A stretch of DNA of 64,000 nucleotides from Thermoplasmata archaeon (GCA_027006785.1 JALTFR010000049.1:20581-84580); one strand, 5' to 3'; shown: positions 46,659 through 57,453, numbered from the stretch's first letter. A program made the numbers and translations. The notes: generated from the sequence alone by a model not told the origin.

Positions 46659-48098
46659 ATGTACAGGCAGGCCCGTTATGAAGAACCGCTGCTGAACGAG
46701 ATTTTGGAAGGAGAGGATAATGGATACTTCCCGGATGTGGATCTGAATGTTCCGGAGGGCCTTGCCAGAAAGGAATTGAAGATACCACAGGTATCAGAGA
46801 ACAGGGTCGTGAGGCATTTTCTCAGGCTATCTCAGATGAACTACGGCGTTGATACTGGCTTTTATCCCCTAGGCTCATGCACAATGAAGTACAATCCCAA
46901 GTACTCCGAAGATATAAGTGCATGGCCCGAAGTTGCGGACATACATCCATATCAGGATGAGAGGACCCTTCAGGGCGCTCTTCAGATAATGTATGAATTG
47001 CAGGAGGCCCTTGCGAAGATAGGCGGAATGGATGCAGTTACACTTCATCCTGCAGCCGGCGCACACGGGGAATTCACCGGTCTTCGGATAATAAAGGCAT
47101 ATCACGAGTTCCACGGGAACGACAGGGACGAGGTGATAGTGCCGGACAGCGCTCACGGAACGAACCCGGCGAGCGCCGCCATGAACGGATTCAAGGTCAT
47201 TGAGATAGAATCGAAGAACGGCATGGTGGATTTAGAGGCGCTGGAAGCTGCGCTCTCCGAAAGAACTGCGGCATTTATGCTCACAAACCCGAATACGCTC
47301 GGAATATTCGAGGAGGATGTGGTGAAGATAGCGAAGATGGTCCACGATGCAGGCGCCCTTCTCTATTACGACGGAGCGAACCTCAATGCCATAATGGGCA
47401 AGACCAGTCCGGGAAGGATGGGCTTCGATGTGATGCACTTCAACCTTCACAAGACATTCTCGACACCGCACGGTGGCGGAGGCCCGGGTTCAGGGCCGGT
47501 GGGTGTTGTTGAGAGGCTCGAGGATTTTCTTCCTGTACCTGTTGTGGATTATGATGGTGAGAGATACTTCTTCAACTATGACATCCCAAATACGATAGGA
47601 AAAGTAAGGGCGTACTACGGCAACTTCGCGGTGTTCCTGAAGGCATGGCTTTACATAAAGAGGCTCGGTGGAGACGGTTTGAAGGAAGCGAGCGAGAGGG
47701 CCGTTCTCAACTCAAACTATCTCAGGGCCATACTGTCGAAACATCTCGATATGCCGCACAAGGAACTCAGAAAGCATGAGTTCGTGCTGAGCGGTGAAAG
47801 ACTTAAGGAGAAGGGTTTGAGGACACTGGACCTGTCAAAGCGCCTTCTGGACTATGGTTATCATGCACCCACCATATACTTCCCACACCTTGTTCATGAG
47901 TCCATAATGATAGAACCTACCGAGAGCGAGAGCAAGGAGGAACTGGATGGATTCGCCGAGGCCTTCATAAAGGTTCTTCAGGAGGTCGAAGAGGACGCAG
48001 AAGTGGTGAAGAGCGCGCCCCACAACACCGCAGTGCGACGCGTGGACGATGTGCTCGCTGTTAAGAAGCCGATTCTTTCCTGGAAGGACATGGCCTGA
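46659..48098 (+). CDS. gcvPB: glycine dehydrogenase (decarboxylating) subunit 2
   Basis: MYRQARYEEPLL N-terminus. PLP-lysine motif HFNLHKTFSTPHGGGGPGSGPVGV. The table ORF starts at 46551. Confidence 0.85.
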   Translation: MYRQARYEEPLLNEILEGEDNGYFPDVDLNVPEGLARKELKIPQVSENRVVRHFLRLSQMNYGVDTGFYPLGSCTMKYNPKYSEDISAWPEVADIHPYQDERTLQGALQIMYELQEALAKIGGMDAVTLHPAAGAHGEFTGLRIIKAYHEFHGNDRDEVIVPDSAHGTNPASAAMNGFKVIEIESKNGMVDLEALEAALSERTAAFMLTNPNTLGIFEEDVVKIAKMVHDAGALLYYDGANLNAIMGKTSPGRMGFDVMHFNLHKTFSTPHGGGGPGSGPVGVVERLEDFLPVPVVDYDGERYFFNYDIPNTIGKVRAYYGNFAVFLKAWLYIKRLGGDGLKEASERAVLNSNYLRAILSKHLDMPHKELRKHEFVLSGERLKEKGLRTLDLSKRLLDYGYHAPTIYFPHLVHESIMIEPTESESKEELDGFAEAFIKVLQEVEEDAEVVKSAPHNTAVRRVDDVLAVKKPILSWKDMA

Positions 48099-48133
48099 CA
48101 CAATATTTTTAAGTTAAAGAGAGATATGGGTGC

Positions 48134-48964
48134 ATGAAGAAAAGTTCGGCCGACCTTCTCGGAAGCGCTTTTTACCTGAACAGGATACGTTCCATGGCGA
48201 TTAAGGCCTATTCCATACAGATTGCCATCATGGTCGGTATAGGATTTTTTCTTGCGCTCACCCAGGGTGCGAGTTTGAAACCATTCTATCTGCCTCTGGA
48301 ATATTTCATGTATGTTGTCTATATAATGCTCTTTGCCATGTTCTTTGAGATTTTCTTCTTTACAGACCTCGAGATAAGGAATCAGGATAGCGATGCTGCA
48401 GCCTATTTCACCTCAAAGAAGGCATCAAAGACCTCGATTAAAGTGATGGTGGCGGCAATAGTTCTGCTGGTTATCGTGGCGAACCCGATTTCAGAGCAGT
48501 TCCTTGAGGAGAAGAGCACTACCACCTCGGAGTATATAATCAATGGCTCAAACATAACATTTGAAATGACATCTCTGGACCGTTTCGGCTTGATATATCA
48601 TTCTGTTGAGATAACAGGAGAAGGTTCGGGAACATACAACTGTTACCTCATGTACAAGGACTATTACCATGAAGGAATCAAGGACCCCTCTTTCAGTTCC
48701 AGACTCCGGTTCATAAATCAGAGTGTGTCCAAATCCCTGAATATAATACCTCCCGATTTGAACTTCGATGAATATGTTGTTCTCATCGTTCCAAATGACA
48801 ATGCCACCGGAAAGCTGACAGTTAGCTTCCAAAACGATGTAAAGGACAACTTCGTGATATCCACTGCCATATTCCTGATAGGTACCGCCATAGTCTATGC
48901 CTGGTGGTTTGTATATCTTCAGAGGTACATAAAGAAATATGGAACGGAACTGGTTTCGGTTTAA
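48134..48964 (+). CDS. hypothetical membrane protein (N-terminal TM bundle, extracytoplasmic domain, C-terminal TM)
   Basis: Hydropathy only. No motif recognised. Confidence 0.35.
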   Translation: MKKSSADLLGSAFYLNRIRSMAIKAYSIQIAIMVGIGFFLALTQGASLKPFYLPLEYFMYVVYIMLFAMFFEIFFFTDLEIRNQDSDAAAYFTSKKASKTSIKVMVAAIVLLVIVANPISEQFLEEKSTTTSEYIINGSNITFEMTSLDRFGLIYHSVEITGEGSGTYNCYLMYKDYYHEGIKDPSFSSRLRFINQSVSKSLNIIPPDLNFDEYVVLIVPNDNATGKLTVSFQNDVKDNFVISTAIFLIGTAIVYAWWFVYLQRYIKKYGTELVSV

Positions 48965-48970
48965 TACCCA

Positions 48971-50353
48971 TTAATTCCTCTGTTTCTTCCGTTTTTCCAG
49001 TCTCTGATGTTCCTGATATAGTGCGGCCATTGCCCTTGCTGCCCTTGTGGTGGACGGATACACGGGGATTTTTTCCTCTTTAAGGTCCGCTATAACCGTG
49101 GCCATCTCCTCACCCCCGATCCAGCAACCGAGAATGGGCTTTCCGCATCCTGTGTGCTCCCGTACAAGCTTTTCCAGAGCACCCACATATTCCTTGGGCC
49201 TTGCATAGCCCGCATGAACACACACCACTATTATGCCATCCACATTCTCGTCCTCGAGAAGTATCTTGCTGGCGGATTCATAGAGGTAGAATCCAGCGTC
49301 TCCTATGACATCCACAGGGTTACGGGGCGTGCTTATCGGGGGCAGGACCTTTGCCAGCCTCTCCTTCGTTCTATCGGTTATCTCAGCGACCTCCAGGCCT
49401 TCCATCTCAAGGGCATCGGACAGAAGTATGCCAGCCCCACCTCCGTTGGTGACTATGCCTATCCTCTTTCCCTTGAGAGGAGGTTGCCTTGATAGCACGG
49501 TGGCCACATCGAATAGCTCCGGCGTATCCTTTACCCTGTGTATCTTCAGCTGATGGAATACAGAATCATATATCTTATCAGAGCCGGACAGAGAGCCTGT
49601 GTGTGTGGCAGCCGCAGCTGCACCAGCCTTGGTTCTTCCTGACTTTATGGCCACAATCGGTTTGTCGCACTGTTTAACAGCTTCTATGAAATTTTTCCCG
49701 TTCTTTATGCCCTCGATATACATTGCTATGACCTTTGTGTAAGGGTCCTTATTGAGGAAGGAGATTATTTCAGCATCGCTTACATCTATCTTGTTACCCA
49801 CGCTTATGACCTTTGAAAGCCCTATCTTTTCCTGATTCGCATGGTGTATCATACCGATGCAGAGAGCTCCGCTCTGGCTTGCAAGAGCTATGTCTCCCGC
49901 ATCAGGCATACCGAAGATGAAGGAAGCATCCAGGTCATCTATTGGATTTTTGTATCCCATGGTATTGGGGCCGATTATCCTTATCCCTGTCTCCTTCACT
50001 ATCTGGCAGAGCTCATCCTCAAGCTTCTTTCCCTCTCCTCCAATCTCTCCGAATCCTGCAGATATGATTATTACACCTGCAAGTCCTTTCTCCGCGCACT
50101 GCCTAACAATATTCGGGACAGTTTTTGCAGGGGTCGTGATTATGCCCAGATCAACCCTGTCCGGAACCTGCAGAATGGACGGATAACAGGGAATTCCCAT
50201 TATTTCTTTTTCCTTCGGGTTAACGGCATATACCTTACCGGGATAACCGCTTACCAGCACGTTCAAAAGCGTTGCATGCCCTATTTTGGTGGGTGTTTTT
50301 GAAGCCCCTATAACTGCTATGCTGCGAGGAGAGAACATCTTTTCAAGCCGCAT
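48971..50353 (-). CDS. acetyl-CoA synthetase (ADP-forming) alpha subunit / CoA-binding domain protein
   Basis: MRLEKMFSPRSIAVIGASKTPTKIGHATL resembles the Pyrococcus ACD alpha N-terminus. Succinyl-CoA synthetase-like fold. The table ORF extends to 50428. Confidence 0.7.
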   Translation of the reverse strand: MRLEKMFSPRSIAVIGASKTPTKIGHATLLNVLVSGYPGKVYAVNPKEKEIMGIPCYPSILQVPDRVDLGIITTPAKTVPNIVRQCAEKGLAGVIIISAGFGEIGGEGKKLEDELCQIVKETGIRIIGPNTMGYKNPIDDLDASFIFGMPDAGDIALASQSGALCIGMIHHANQEKIGLSKVISVGNKIDVSDAEIISFLNKDPYTKVIAMYIEGIKNGKNFIEAVKQCDKPIVAIKSGRTKAGAAAAATHTGSLSGSDKIYDSVFHQLKIHRVKDTPELFDVATVLSRQPPLKGKRIGIVTNGGGAGILLSDALEMEGLEVAEITDRTKERLAKVLPPISTPRNPVDVIGDAGFYLYESASKILLEDENVDGIIVVCVHAGYARPKEYVGALEKLVREHTGCGKPILGCWIGGEEMATVIADLKEEKIPVYPSTTRAARAMAALYQEHQRLEKRKKQRN

Positions 50354-50408
50354 ATACTCTGAAGAGTTCATACTGGCCGAAGAGGATTCGGGTAATAATA
50401 CTTTACCA

Positions 50409-52031
50409 TCATTTCTGTGTCTCTTCAAGATACAGTTCGAGAGCGCTCAGCGGATGCTCCAGTTCAAATGCGGTTATCACTGATGGCTGTATTTCCCCGA
50501 AGAAACCCAGTTCCTTTCCATCCGAGATGATGGACGCGCACCTTCCGGATATGAATGAGGGGTGTTCTTTCTCGGACACTTCAAAATCTATACCGAGGTC
50601 CGACATGAGCCTCTGGACTATGGACTTTATCATTGTGAATGATGCCCTATCGTCCTCTATGGCCGCCGCCATCCTGTATCTATTCCTACCGTCCCCTCCG
50701 ACAACTATGCCTATCTCGAATATCCTCTGCGGAAGGTCCCTGTGCCTGTTCTCCCTGAGTATCGCCATCATGGAGGGAAGAAGCCATTTTCTGAGGGATG
50801 TGTGGAACTCTGTGACAGGGTTCTCAAGCTCTATCACAGGCTCGGGCTCCATACCCATCTTCCTGAACTGCTCATCATCGTTCGTCAGCGTCAGCGTCAT
50901 TATCTCGTTGAACCCGAGGCCTATCATGCTCTCTTTCACCGCTCTCTTCAGCCCTTCCATCTCCCCCTTTGTCCCGAACAGGACGCTCTTCGGAAGAATA
51001 TCGCCGAACCTGTCATATCCGTAGGATATGGCTATCTCCTCCACAAGGTCTATGAGGTGCAGTATGTCGTACCTGTATGCAGGCACCCTGACCTTTATCT
51101 TATCTCCCGGCTCTGCTCCGAACCTCGCCCTTTCCAGCATCTCCACCATATCTTCAACGCTCATATCAACGCCGAGTATGGAGCGCACATAGTCGGGTCC
51201 CAGTTCCATCTCATGGCCGGACATGTCCGGCATAACGATCGCTCCATCGGGATATCTTATCTCAACCGAATGGACCTTCCCGCCCCTGTCTGCGAACATG
51301 GAAACTATTATGGAAACGACCTGCGCGACCACCGCTCTATCGGTGCCGGTCACATCCAGAAAGACATCCTTCGTCTTCTCTGTAACGAGGGTGAGGTTTC
51401 CGTTGATTATCGGCGGGAATGATAACACATTTCCATCGCTGTCCATGAGTATCGGGTATCTCTCCTTTCCATCAAGAACCCATGCGTAATCCCTTCCTTT
51501 CTCATGCCTTTCAAGTATCTCCGCAAGGTTCAGTTCCTCGTCCATTCCCAGTGGCTCGAAGCTCACCTCATCAGGCCTTACCGCTTTGTAGATTATGTGC
51601 CTGCCAATCCCCGAGGCGTCGTGTATCCCTATTGCTATCTTCTTCCTCTTCCTGCCCACCGTCGCATGCAGTTTCTCCTGTATGGCCATTATGGACTTTA
51701 TCATGAAATCATTGAGTTCAAGGCCGCTTATGTATGCCGAGCCGATGTAGGGCCTCACATCCTTCACGCTCTCATCCACTTCAATGATGAAATCGCTCCT
51801 GTCCACAGGATATTCCCTGAAACCCTTTTCAATTCCGAGAAATCCCCTCAGGTGCCTGGCTATACCTTCCACAGAGAACATATCCGCTCTGTTGGCCTCT
51901 ATCTCCACTTCCATCTCGTCCCCTTCAAGGCTCTCCAGCTGCACACCCATCATCGGGAGTTTCTCAAGGTCTTCTTCGCTGGCTCCTGAGAGCGAAAGAA
52001 GGTCCGCCCTGCTCATCTTTATCGTCGGCAT
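50409..52031 (-). CDS. pheT: phenylalanine--tRNA ligase beta subunit (archaeal type)
   Basis: MPTIKMSRADL...VEIEANRADMFSVEGIARHLRGFLG is the archaeal PheT B3/4 domain. About 540 aa. Confidence 0.85.
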   Translation of the reverse strand: MPTIKMSRADLLSLSGASEEDLEKLPMMGVQLESLEGDEMEVEIEANRADMFSVEGIARHLRGFLGIEKGFREYPVDRSDFIIEVDESVKDVRPYIGSAYISGLELNDFMIKSIMAIQEKLHATVGRKRKKIAIGIHDASGIGRHIIYKAVRPDEVSFEPLGMDEELNLAEILERHEKGRDYAWVLDGKERYPILMDSDGNVLSFPPIINGNLTLVTEKTKDVFLDVTGTDRAVVAQVVSIIVSMFADRGGKVHSVEIRYPDGAIVMPDMSGHEMELGPDYVRSILGVDMSVEDMVEMLERARFGAEPGDKIKVRVPAYRYDILHLIDLVEEIAISYGYDRFGDILPKSVLFGTKGEMEGLKRAVKESMIGLGFNEIMTLTLTNDDEQFRKMGMEPEPVIELENPVTEFHTSLRKWLLPSMMAILRENRHRDLPQRIFEIGIVVGGDGRNRYRMAAAIEDDRASFTMIKSIVQRLMSDLGIDFEVSEKEHPSFISGRCASIISDGKELGFFGEIQPSVITAFELEHPLSALELYLEETQK

Positions 52032-52096
52032 CCATCGGACAGTAGCCAACCCATTAAAAAACCTGCTTATTTTCAGAAAAAATAGAAGGAAATGGT

Positions 52097-52318
52097 TTAT
52101 TTCTTCTGCATTATCTTCATCCAGCCGCCGCTCTCATATATGCCCAGGCCGCGCTCCTTCATTATGGACTCGAACTCGTCCCAGCTTATCTCCTCGAGCC
52201 TGCCGTTCCCACCGCGGGTGAACTGGATGTGAGTAGTGCCCTTCACCTTCGCAGGCTTCAGGCCCTTCTCTGCAGCTATCTTCTTGGCACCCTCTATGCC
52301 TATCTCTTTCATCGTCAT
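52097..52318 (-). CDS. hypothetical small protein
   Basis: 73 aa. MTMKEIGIEGAKKIAAEKG... No motif. Confidence 0.3.
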   Translation of the reverse strand: MTMKEIGIEGAKKIAAEKGLKPAKVKGTTHIQFTRGGNGRLEEISWDEFESIMKERGLGIYESGGWMKIMQKK

Positions 52319-52390
52319 GTTCGTCCTCCTTGCTGGCCGGATATAGCAAATACATTATTTATATTTTTCTATTAGGCCTTGGAAAAACGC

Positions 52391-52648
52391 CTATATCCTC
52401 TGAACTCCCGTGAGGCTTACCATCTTTTCAAGTATGCGTTCATGGGCTCCGCTGACATACAGAGTCATCACAAATGCAAACACAAGGGCCATGGAGAGCG
52501 CTCCCCATAAAATCTGCTGCCATGATAAATAATCGAAGGGTGCGAATTCCAGAAAAAGCATGCCGAATAGCTCAAGGGTCAGACCCACTGCAAAGTAGGA
52601 TGCGAAATCCTCCGCATAGATCTTGAGCCTATGTCTGCCCTTCAGCAT
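52391..52648 (-). CDS. hypothetical small membrane protein (2 TM)
   Basis: Hydropathy only. Confidence 0.3.
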   Translation of the reverse strand: MLKGRHRLKIYAEDFASYFAVGLTLELFGMLFLEFAPFDYLSWQQILWGALSMALVFAFVMTLYVSGAHERILEKMVSLTGVQRI

Positions 52649-52684
52649 GATAAAAAATAAGTGAAATAAAGTATTTAAGGCTTT

Positions 52685-54991
52685 TCATCCCATGATCTTG
52701 GAAAGGGCATCCTTCCATATATCATAGGCCTTTTCCTCTTCGACTTCAAGAAGCAGGTGCTCGTAATCCGATATTCCGATGTGCTTTCCACCCACACGGC
52801 CTATCCTCACTGCATCCGGCACGATTGCCTCGAATTCCTCGCCCTTTCCTTCGGGAACCTCTATCAGCCACCTCGAAGGAGCCTCTGAAAACAGACGTAT
52901 GTCGGCCCTTGCCTCACCGAGCGGCCCTATGCCTATGTCCGCGCCTATCCTTCCACCGAAGCACATCTCGGCCAGGGCAACAGCGAGTCCTCCTTCGCTT
53001 ATGTCATGTGCGGCCAATACAAGCTCTTTATCCATGGCATTCAGAATGCCATCGCCCCTTTTTTTCAGGGATTCGGGGTCAACCTTCGGAACCCTTCCGG
53101 AACTTCCTCCCGCTATCTCATAGTATGTGCTTCCGCCCATTTCATCTCCGGCCAGACCTATGACATAGATGTGGCTTCCTTCCCTTTTGAAATCCGTGCT
53201 CACGCTCTTCCTTATGTCGTCCATAATCCCGGCGCCCATCACCGTCGGGGTCGGCGCTATGGCCCCGGCCGGGCTCTCGTTGTAGAAACTGACATTTCCG
53301 GATGCATAGGGAATTCCAAGTTCTCTTCCGGCATCGCCGAGCGCTCTGACAGATTCCCTGAACTCCCAGAACCTCTCCGGTTCCTCGGGATTCCCGAAGT
53401 TGAGGCAATCGGACAATGAATGGGGCCTTGCACCTACAGCCACGAGGGAGCGATATGCCTCATCAACCGCATGCCACGCACCCCAGTACGGGTCTATCTC
53501 CGAGACCTTCGGAGCAACACCTGTTGAAAGAGCAAGTCCTTTCCACGAGCCTTCCACAGGCTTAATCACCGCGGCATCGCCATGGGTCTCATGTCCCGGA
53601 ATTCCCTGCATGGGAGTTTTCACAGTTGATGCCCTGACCTGATGGTCGTACTGCCTTATGACCCATGCCTTTGAGGATATGTTCGGGTGTGAAAGTAGTT
53701 TCAGGAAGACATCCTCGTAATCAGGTTCAGGTGGCATTATTTCATCGAAATGGCGCTTCGGTTCCCTGTATTCCCTGCTGTACACAGGCCCTGCGGTGTA
53801 GAAGTTCAGGTCAAGATCTATAACCGGTTCCCCCTCGTATTTCACAAGTATCCTGCTGCCCTCAACCACCCTTCCTATGGGCGTTGCGAGGACATCCCAT
53901 TTCTCGAATATGTGCAGTACTGCCTCAAGGTTCTCGGGCCTGACCGCCAGCATCATCCTTTCCTGCGATTCGGATATCCATATCTCCCATGGTTCCATGT
54001 CATCCTCTTTGAGAGGAACTTTTTCAAGGTCTATCTCAGCGCCAAGCCCTGCATCCAGTGCCATCTCCCCAGCGCAACTTGACAGCCCGCCACCACCGAG
54101 GTCCTTCATTCCCTCAACAAGCCCTTTCTCGTTGGCCTCGAAGCATGCGTGGAAGAGCGGCTCCTCGGTTATCGGATCGCCCAGCTGGACAGCCCCTCTG
54201 GATTCCTCCTCGGAACTCTCGTCAAGCGTAAGAGAAGCAAAGGTAACGCCATGTATTCCATCCCTTCCTGTGCGACCTCCGGCCAGAACGAATATGTCTC
54301 CAGCCTGCCCAACCCTGCTGTGAACTATCTGTTCCTTTCTCACTATTCCCGCGCATCCAACATTCACGAGAGGGTTCCCGGTGTATCCATCATGAAAATG
54401 AGTTATTCCACCTACCGTTGGAATTCCCATGCGGTTCCCATAATCCCTTATTCCCGCAACAACGCCTCCGAATATGTACCTCGGATGCTTGACACCCTTA
54501 GGAATTTCCTCATACTTCTTGTCGAGGGGGCCGAAGAATATCGGGTCTATGAGAGCAATGGGCTGGGCACCCATGCAGGCTATGTCCCTGAGTATTCCGC
54601 CCACGCCTGTGGCAGCACCCCCGTAGGGTTCTATGGCCGAAGGGTGGTTGTGCGATTCTATCGCGACCGCATAGGCGTGTTCCTCGTCGAATTCCATCAG
54701 GCCGGCATCCTCGTTGGCTATGAACTGCTCGTTCTTGAGAGAGAATATGAACTCCTTGAGGAGCGCCTTTGAGGATTTATAGCATGAATGCTCGGACCAT
54801 GCCTGACCTATGGCCTGAAGCTCGGCGTCGGTGGGGTTCCTTCTCTCTTTTTTAAAGTGGTTCCTCACCCTTCTCATCTCATCAACTGAGAGAGCAAGGC
54901 CCATGGATTCGCTTATCTCCTTCAGGTCTTTATCCGTGGCGCCCTTGAGAACCACCTCGTGGAATCGGCCTTTTTTGATATAGCGCTCCAT
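52685..54991 (-). CDS. purL: phosphoribosylformylglycinamidine synthase subunit II
   Basis: 768 aa. MERYIKKGRFHEVVLKGATDKDLKEIS... Two AIR-synthase-related domains. Follows purS. Confidence 0.85.
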   Translation of the reverse strand: MERYIKKGRFHEVVLKGATDKDLKEISESMGLALSVDEMRRVRNHFKKERRNPTDAELQAIGQAWSEHSCYKSSKALLKEFIFSLKNEQFIANEDAGLMEFDEEHAYAVAIESHNHPSAIEPYGGAATGVGGILRDIACMGAQPIALIDPIFFGPLDKKYEEIPKGVKHPRYIFGGVVAGIRDYGNRMGIPTVGGITHFHDGYTGNPLVNVGCAGIVRKEQIVHSRVGQAGDIFVLAGGRTGRDGIHGVTFASLTLDESSEEESRGAVQLGDPITEEPLFHACFEANEKGLVEGMKDLGGGGLSSCAGEMALDAGLGAEIDLEKVPLKEDDMEPWEIWISESQERMMLAVRPENLEAVLHIFEKWDVLATPIGRVVEGSRILVKYEGEPVIDLDLNFYTAGPVYSREYREPKRHFDEIMPPEPDYEDVFLKLLSHPNISSKAWVIRQYDHQVRASTVKTPMQGIPGHETHGDAAVIKPVEGSWKGLALSTGVAPKVSEIDPYWGAWHAVDEAYRSLVAVGARPHSLSDCLNFGNPEEPERFWEFRESVRALGDAGRELGIPYASGNVSFYNESPAGAIAPTPTVMGAGIMDDIRKSVSTDFKREGSHIYVIGLAGDEMGGSTYYEIAGGSSGRVPKVDPESLKKRGDGILNAMDKELVLAAHDISEGGLAVALAEMCFGGRIGADIGIGPLGEARADIRLFSEAPSRWLIEVPEGKGEEFEAIVPDAVRIGRVGGKHIGISDYEHLLLEVEEEKAYDIWKDALSKIMG

Positions 54992-54992
54992 C

Positions 54993-55238
54993 TCAGTCCC
55001 TCTTGACCTCTACGCTGTACTTGTGGATGACCGGGTTGGCAAGGAGCTTTTTGCACATCTCCTTCACCTCTTCCACAGCGCTAGCGCTGTCCTTTTCACC
55101 CACATCTATATCGAATACCTTTATGCTGTTGACCTTCTTAACATCGAAACCGAGCAATTCAAGAGCTTTACGGGTGTTCTCTCCCTCTGGGTCGGCAACG
55201 CCTTTTTTGAGCTCTATCCTGACCTCTACAACCGTCAT
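54993..55238 (-). CDS. purS: phosphoribosylformylglycinamidine synthase subunit PurS
   Basis: MTVVEVRIELKKGVADPEGENTRKALELLGF. 81 aa, immediately upstream of purL. Confidence 0.85.
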   Translation of the reverse strand: MTVVEVRIELKKGVADPEGENTRKALELLGFDVKKVNSIKVFDIDVGEKDSASAVEEVKEMCKKLLANPVIHKYSVEVKRD

Positions 55239-55263
55239 ATTCCGGCCTAAACACGAGAGGCTT

Positions 55264-55812
55264 TTAAGGATGTCGGAGAGTGACGGATGCGATGTCTGAG
55301 TATATCGGCCCCTGCGGTGTCAGGATGCTCTTCTTAAGCTTTATCTCCTTCACCTCAACTGTGCCGAAATGCACTTCAGAGTAGCGCTCCACAACAGGCC
55401 TTATTCCCTTCGGGTTTCTATCCTTCAGACGCACAACGGTCAGATGCGGCGAGAATTCCCTTTTTTCCCTCTCAAAACCGAGGGATGCGCATATCTCCTC
55501 GACCTCTCTCTGAAGGGATGAAAGAGAACCGTCCTCCTTCACGCCCACCCATATCACCTTCGGGTTCCTTATGTCAGGGAATGCCCCTGCTGAACGTAGC
55601 TCAAAGTAGAATGCAGGAGTTTCTATGGATTTAAGAGCATCTGCCAGCTCAACGACCTTCTCTTCCGCAATATCTCCGAGAAATTTCAGGGTTATGTGGA
55701 GGTTTTCCGGTTCAACCGCCTTCAGACGTGCCGGACTTTTCTTCAAGTCACCAATGAAATCTCTGATCGCAGGAAAATCTGGAACCTCAACAGCTATGAA
55801 TGCCCTTATCAT
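55264..55812 (-). CDS. thpR: RNA 2',3'-cyclic phosphodiesterase (2H family, LigT/ThpR)
   Basis: Two H-x-T/S-x motifs: HITLKFLG and HLTVVRL. Confidence 0.8.
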   Translation of the reverse strand: MIRAFIAVEVPDFPAIRDFIGDLKKSPARLKAVEPENLHITLKFLGDIAEEKVVELADALKSIETPAFYFELRSAGAFPDIRNPKVIWVGVKEDGSLSSLQREVEEICASLGFEREKREFSPHLTVVRLKDRNPKGIRPVVERYSEVHFGTVEVKEIKLKKSILTPQGPIYSDIASVTLRHP

Positions 55813-55818
55813 GAGACA

Positions 55819-56001
55819 TCACCCTATAAGGTAGAGCCCAATGAGCGACCCTAGAACGACGCCAGCCACGGCAAAGGCAAGATAAGTATTACGGTCTATG
55901 TGCCTCCTCAACTCTTTCTCGTCTATGCCATTGTTTATGTCCGGAGCGCCGTTAATAAGACCGCGACGATGCTGAAGAGACCTGCCTGCCATTTTTCTCA
56001 T
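55819..56001 (-). CDS. hypothetical small protein with C-terminal TM
   Basis: 60 aa. Weak. Confidence 0.2.
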   Translation of the reverse strand: MRKMAGRSLQHRRGLINGAPDINNGIDEKELRRHIDRNTYLAFAVAGVVLGSLIGLYLIG

Positions 56002-56125
56002 ACTTGCATTCCATTCTTCTATTTATACTATTTGGCACGGATTTCTAACAAACTGCGTCAGAAATTTTGAAAAAATGCGGTATGTTTGCAGACAATCTCG
56101 AATAAAAGAGATAATGGGTTTTGTC

Positions 56126-57373
56126 TCAATAACCATACTCTGCAGTCTCTTTGAGCTCTTCCTCTATGCGCATCAGCTGGTTGTACTTCTCCACCCTGTC
56201 AACCCTGCAGGGAGCGCCGGACTTTATCTGCCCTGTGTTCATGGCAACCGCGAAATCCGCTATGAAATCATCCGCTGTCTCTCCTGAGCGATGGGAAACA
56301 AGAGTCTTCCATCCTGCTCTCTGGGCCACAGTCACCGCCTCTATTGTCTCGGTCACAGTCCCTATCTGATTGAGCTTTATCAGGGCGGCGTTGGCAGCTT
56401 TTTTCTCTATGCCCTGCCGGATGAGTTCCGGATTGGTGACAAAAATGTCATCACCCACGATCTCTATCCTCTTTCCGAGTTTCGAAGTTATGTCCATGAA
56501 CGCATTCCAGTCGTCCTCTGCAAACGGGTCTTCAAGAAGTATTATCGGGTATTTGTTAACGAGCTCTTCGTATATGTCCATAAGCTCACCGGCGCTCATC
56601 TCCTTTCCCTGAACGGTGTATCTTCCATCACTGTAAAACCCGCTGGCAGCCGAATCTATGGCTATCTTCACCCTGTCAGAGTACCCCATCTCATCTATGG
56701 CCTGGGTTATCGCCTCGAAGGGCTCCTCTATGTCCTTCATCGGTGGAGCGAAACCGCCTTCGTCACCGACATTAATTGCGTTCGGCCCGTACTTCTTCTT
56801 GAGCACGGATTTCAGCTGGTGATAGACCTCGGAGCCCATCCTTATGGCCTCCCTGACATTCTCTGCACCCACAGGTGCGATCATGTGTTCCTGAATGGAA
56901 AGCTCGTTGCCTGCATGCGCTCCCCCGTTTATCACATTCATGAATGGGACTGGTAGGACATGTGCGTTCGTTCCGCCCAGATATTTGTAAAGAGGCATCT
57001 CCAGTAGATATGAGGCCAGCCTTGCTGCTGCTAGGGATACTCCAAGGGTGGCATTGGCTCCCAGTTTTGATTTGTTTGGAGTTCCGTCAAGAGCAATCAA
57101 CATAAGGTCTATCTTTCTCTGCTGAAGTACATCCATCCCTATGAGGCGAGGTGCTATGTGCCTCTCTATGTTCTCTATGGCCTTTCTAACGCCTTTTCCA
57201 TGGAACCTCTCATCCCCGTCCCTGAGCTCGACGGCCTCCCTCTTTCCTGTTGAGGCGCCCGAGGGCACGGATGCCCTGCCCATGTACTCTCCCGCGAAAA
57301 TCTCCACTTCTATCGTGGGATTTCCCCTTGAATCCAGAATTTCTCTGGCCTGAACCTCTGTGATTTCGAACAT
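56126..57373 (-). CDS. eno: enolase
   Basis: MFEITEVQAREILDSRGNPTIEVE...SHRSGETADDF...IKSGAPCRVDRVEKYNQLMRIEEEL. The table ORF extends to 57460. Confidence 0.9.
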   Translation of the reverse strand: MFEITEVQAREILDSRGNPTIEVEIFAGEYMGRASVPSGASTGKREAVELRDGDERFHGKGVRKAIENIERHIAPRLIGMDVLQQRKIDLMLIALDGTPNKSKLGANATLGVSLAAARLASYLLEMPLYKYLGGTNAHVLPVPFMNVINGGAHAGNELSIQEHMIAPVGAENVREAIRMGSEVYHQLKSVLKKKYGPNAINVGDEGGFAPPMKDIEEPFEAITQAIDEMGYSDRVKIAIDSAASGFYSDGRYTVQGKEMSAGELMDIYEELVNKYPIILLEDPFAEDDWNAFMDITSKLGKRIEIVGDDIFVTNPELIRQGIEKKAANAALIKLNQIGTVTETIEAVTVAQRAGWKTLVSHRSGETADDFIADFAVAMNTGQIKSGAPCRVDRVEKYNQLMRIEEELKETAEYGY

Positions 57374-57453
57374 ATCGGTGAATCGCTTGTGGTATTTATC
57401 AGTGTCCCTGAGGGTTATCTTTATATGCTCAAGTGCGATATGGTGTGGGTAAC

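Noticed and set aside
53006-54772. Multiple 100-200 aa plus-strand ORFs
   Set aside because: All are antisense within purL.
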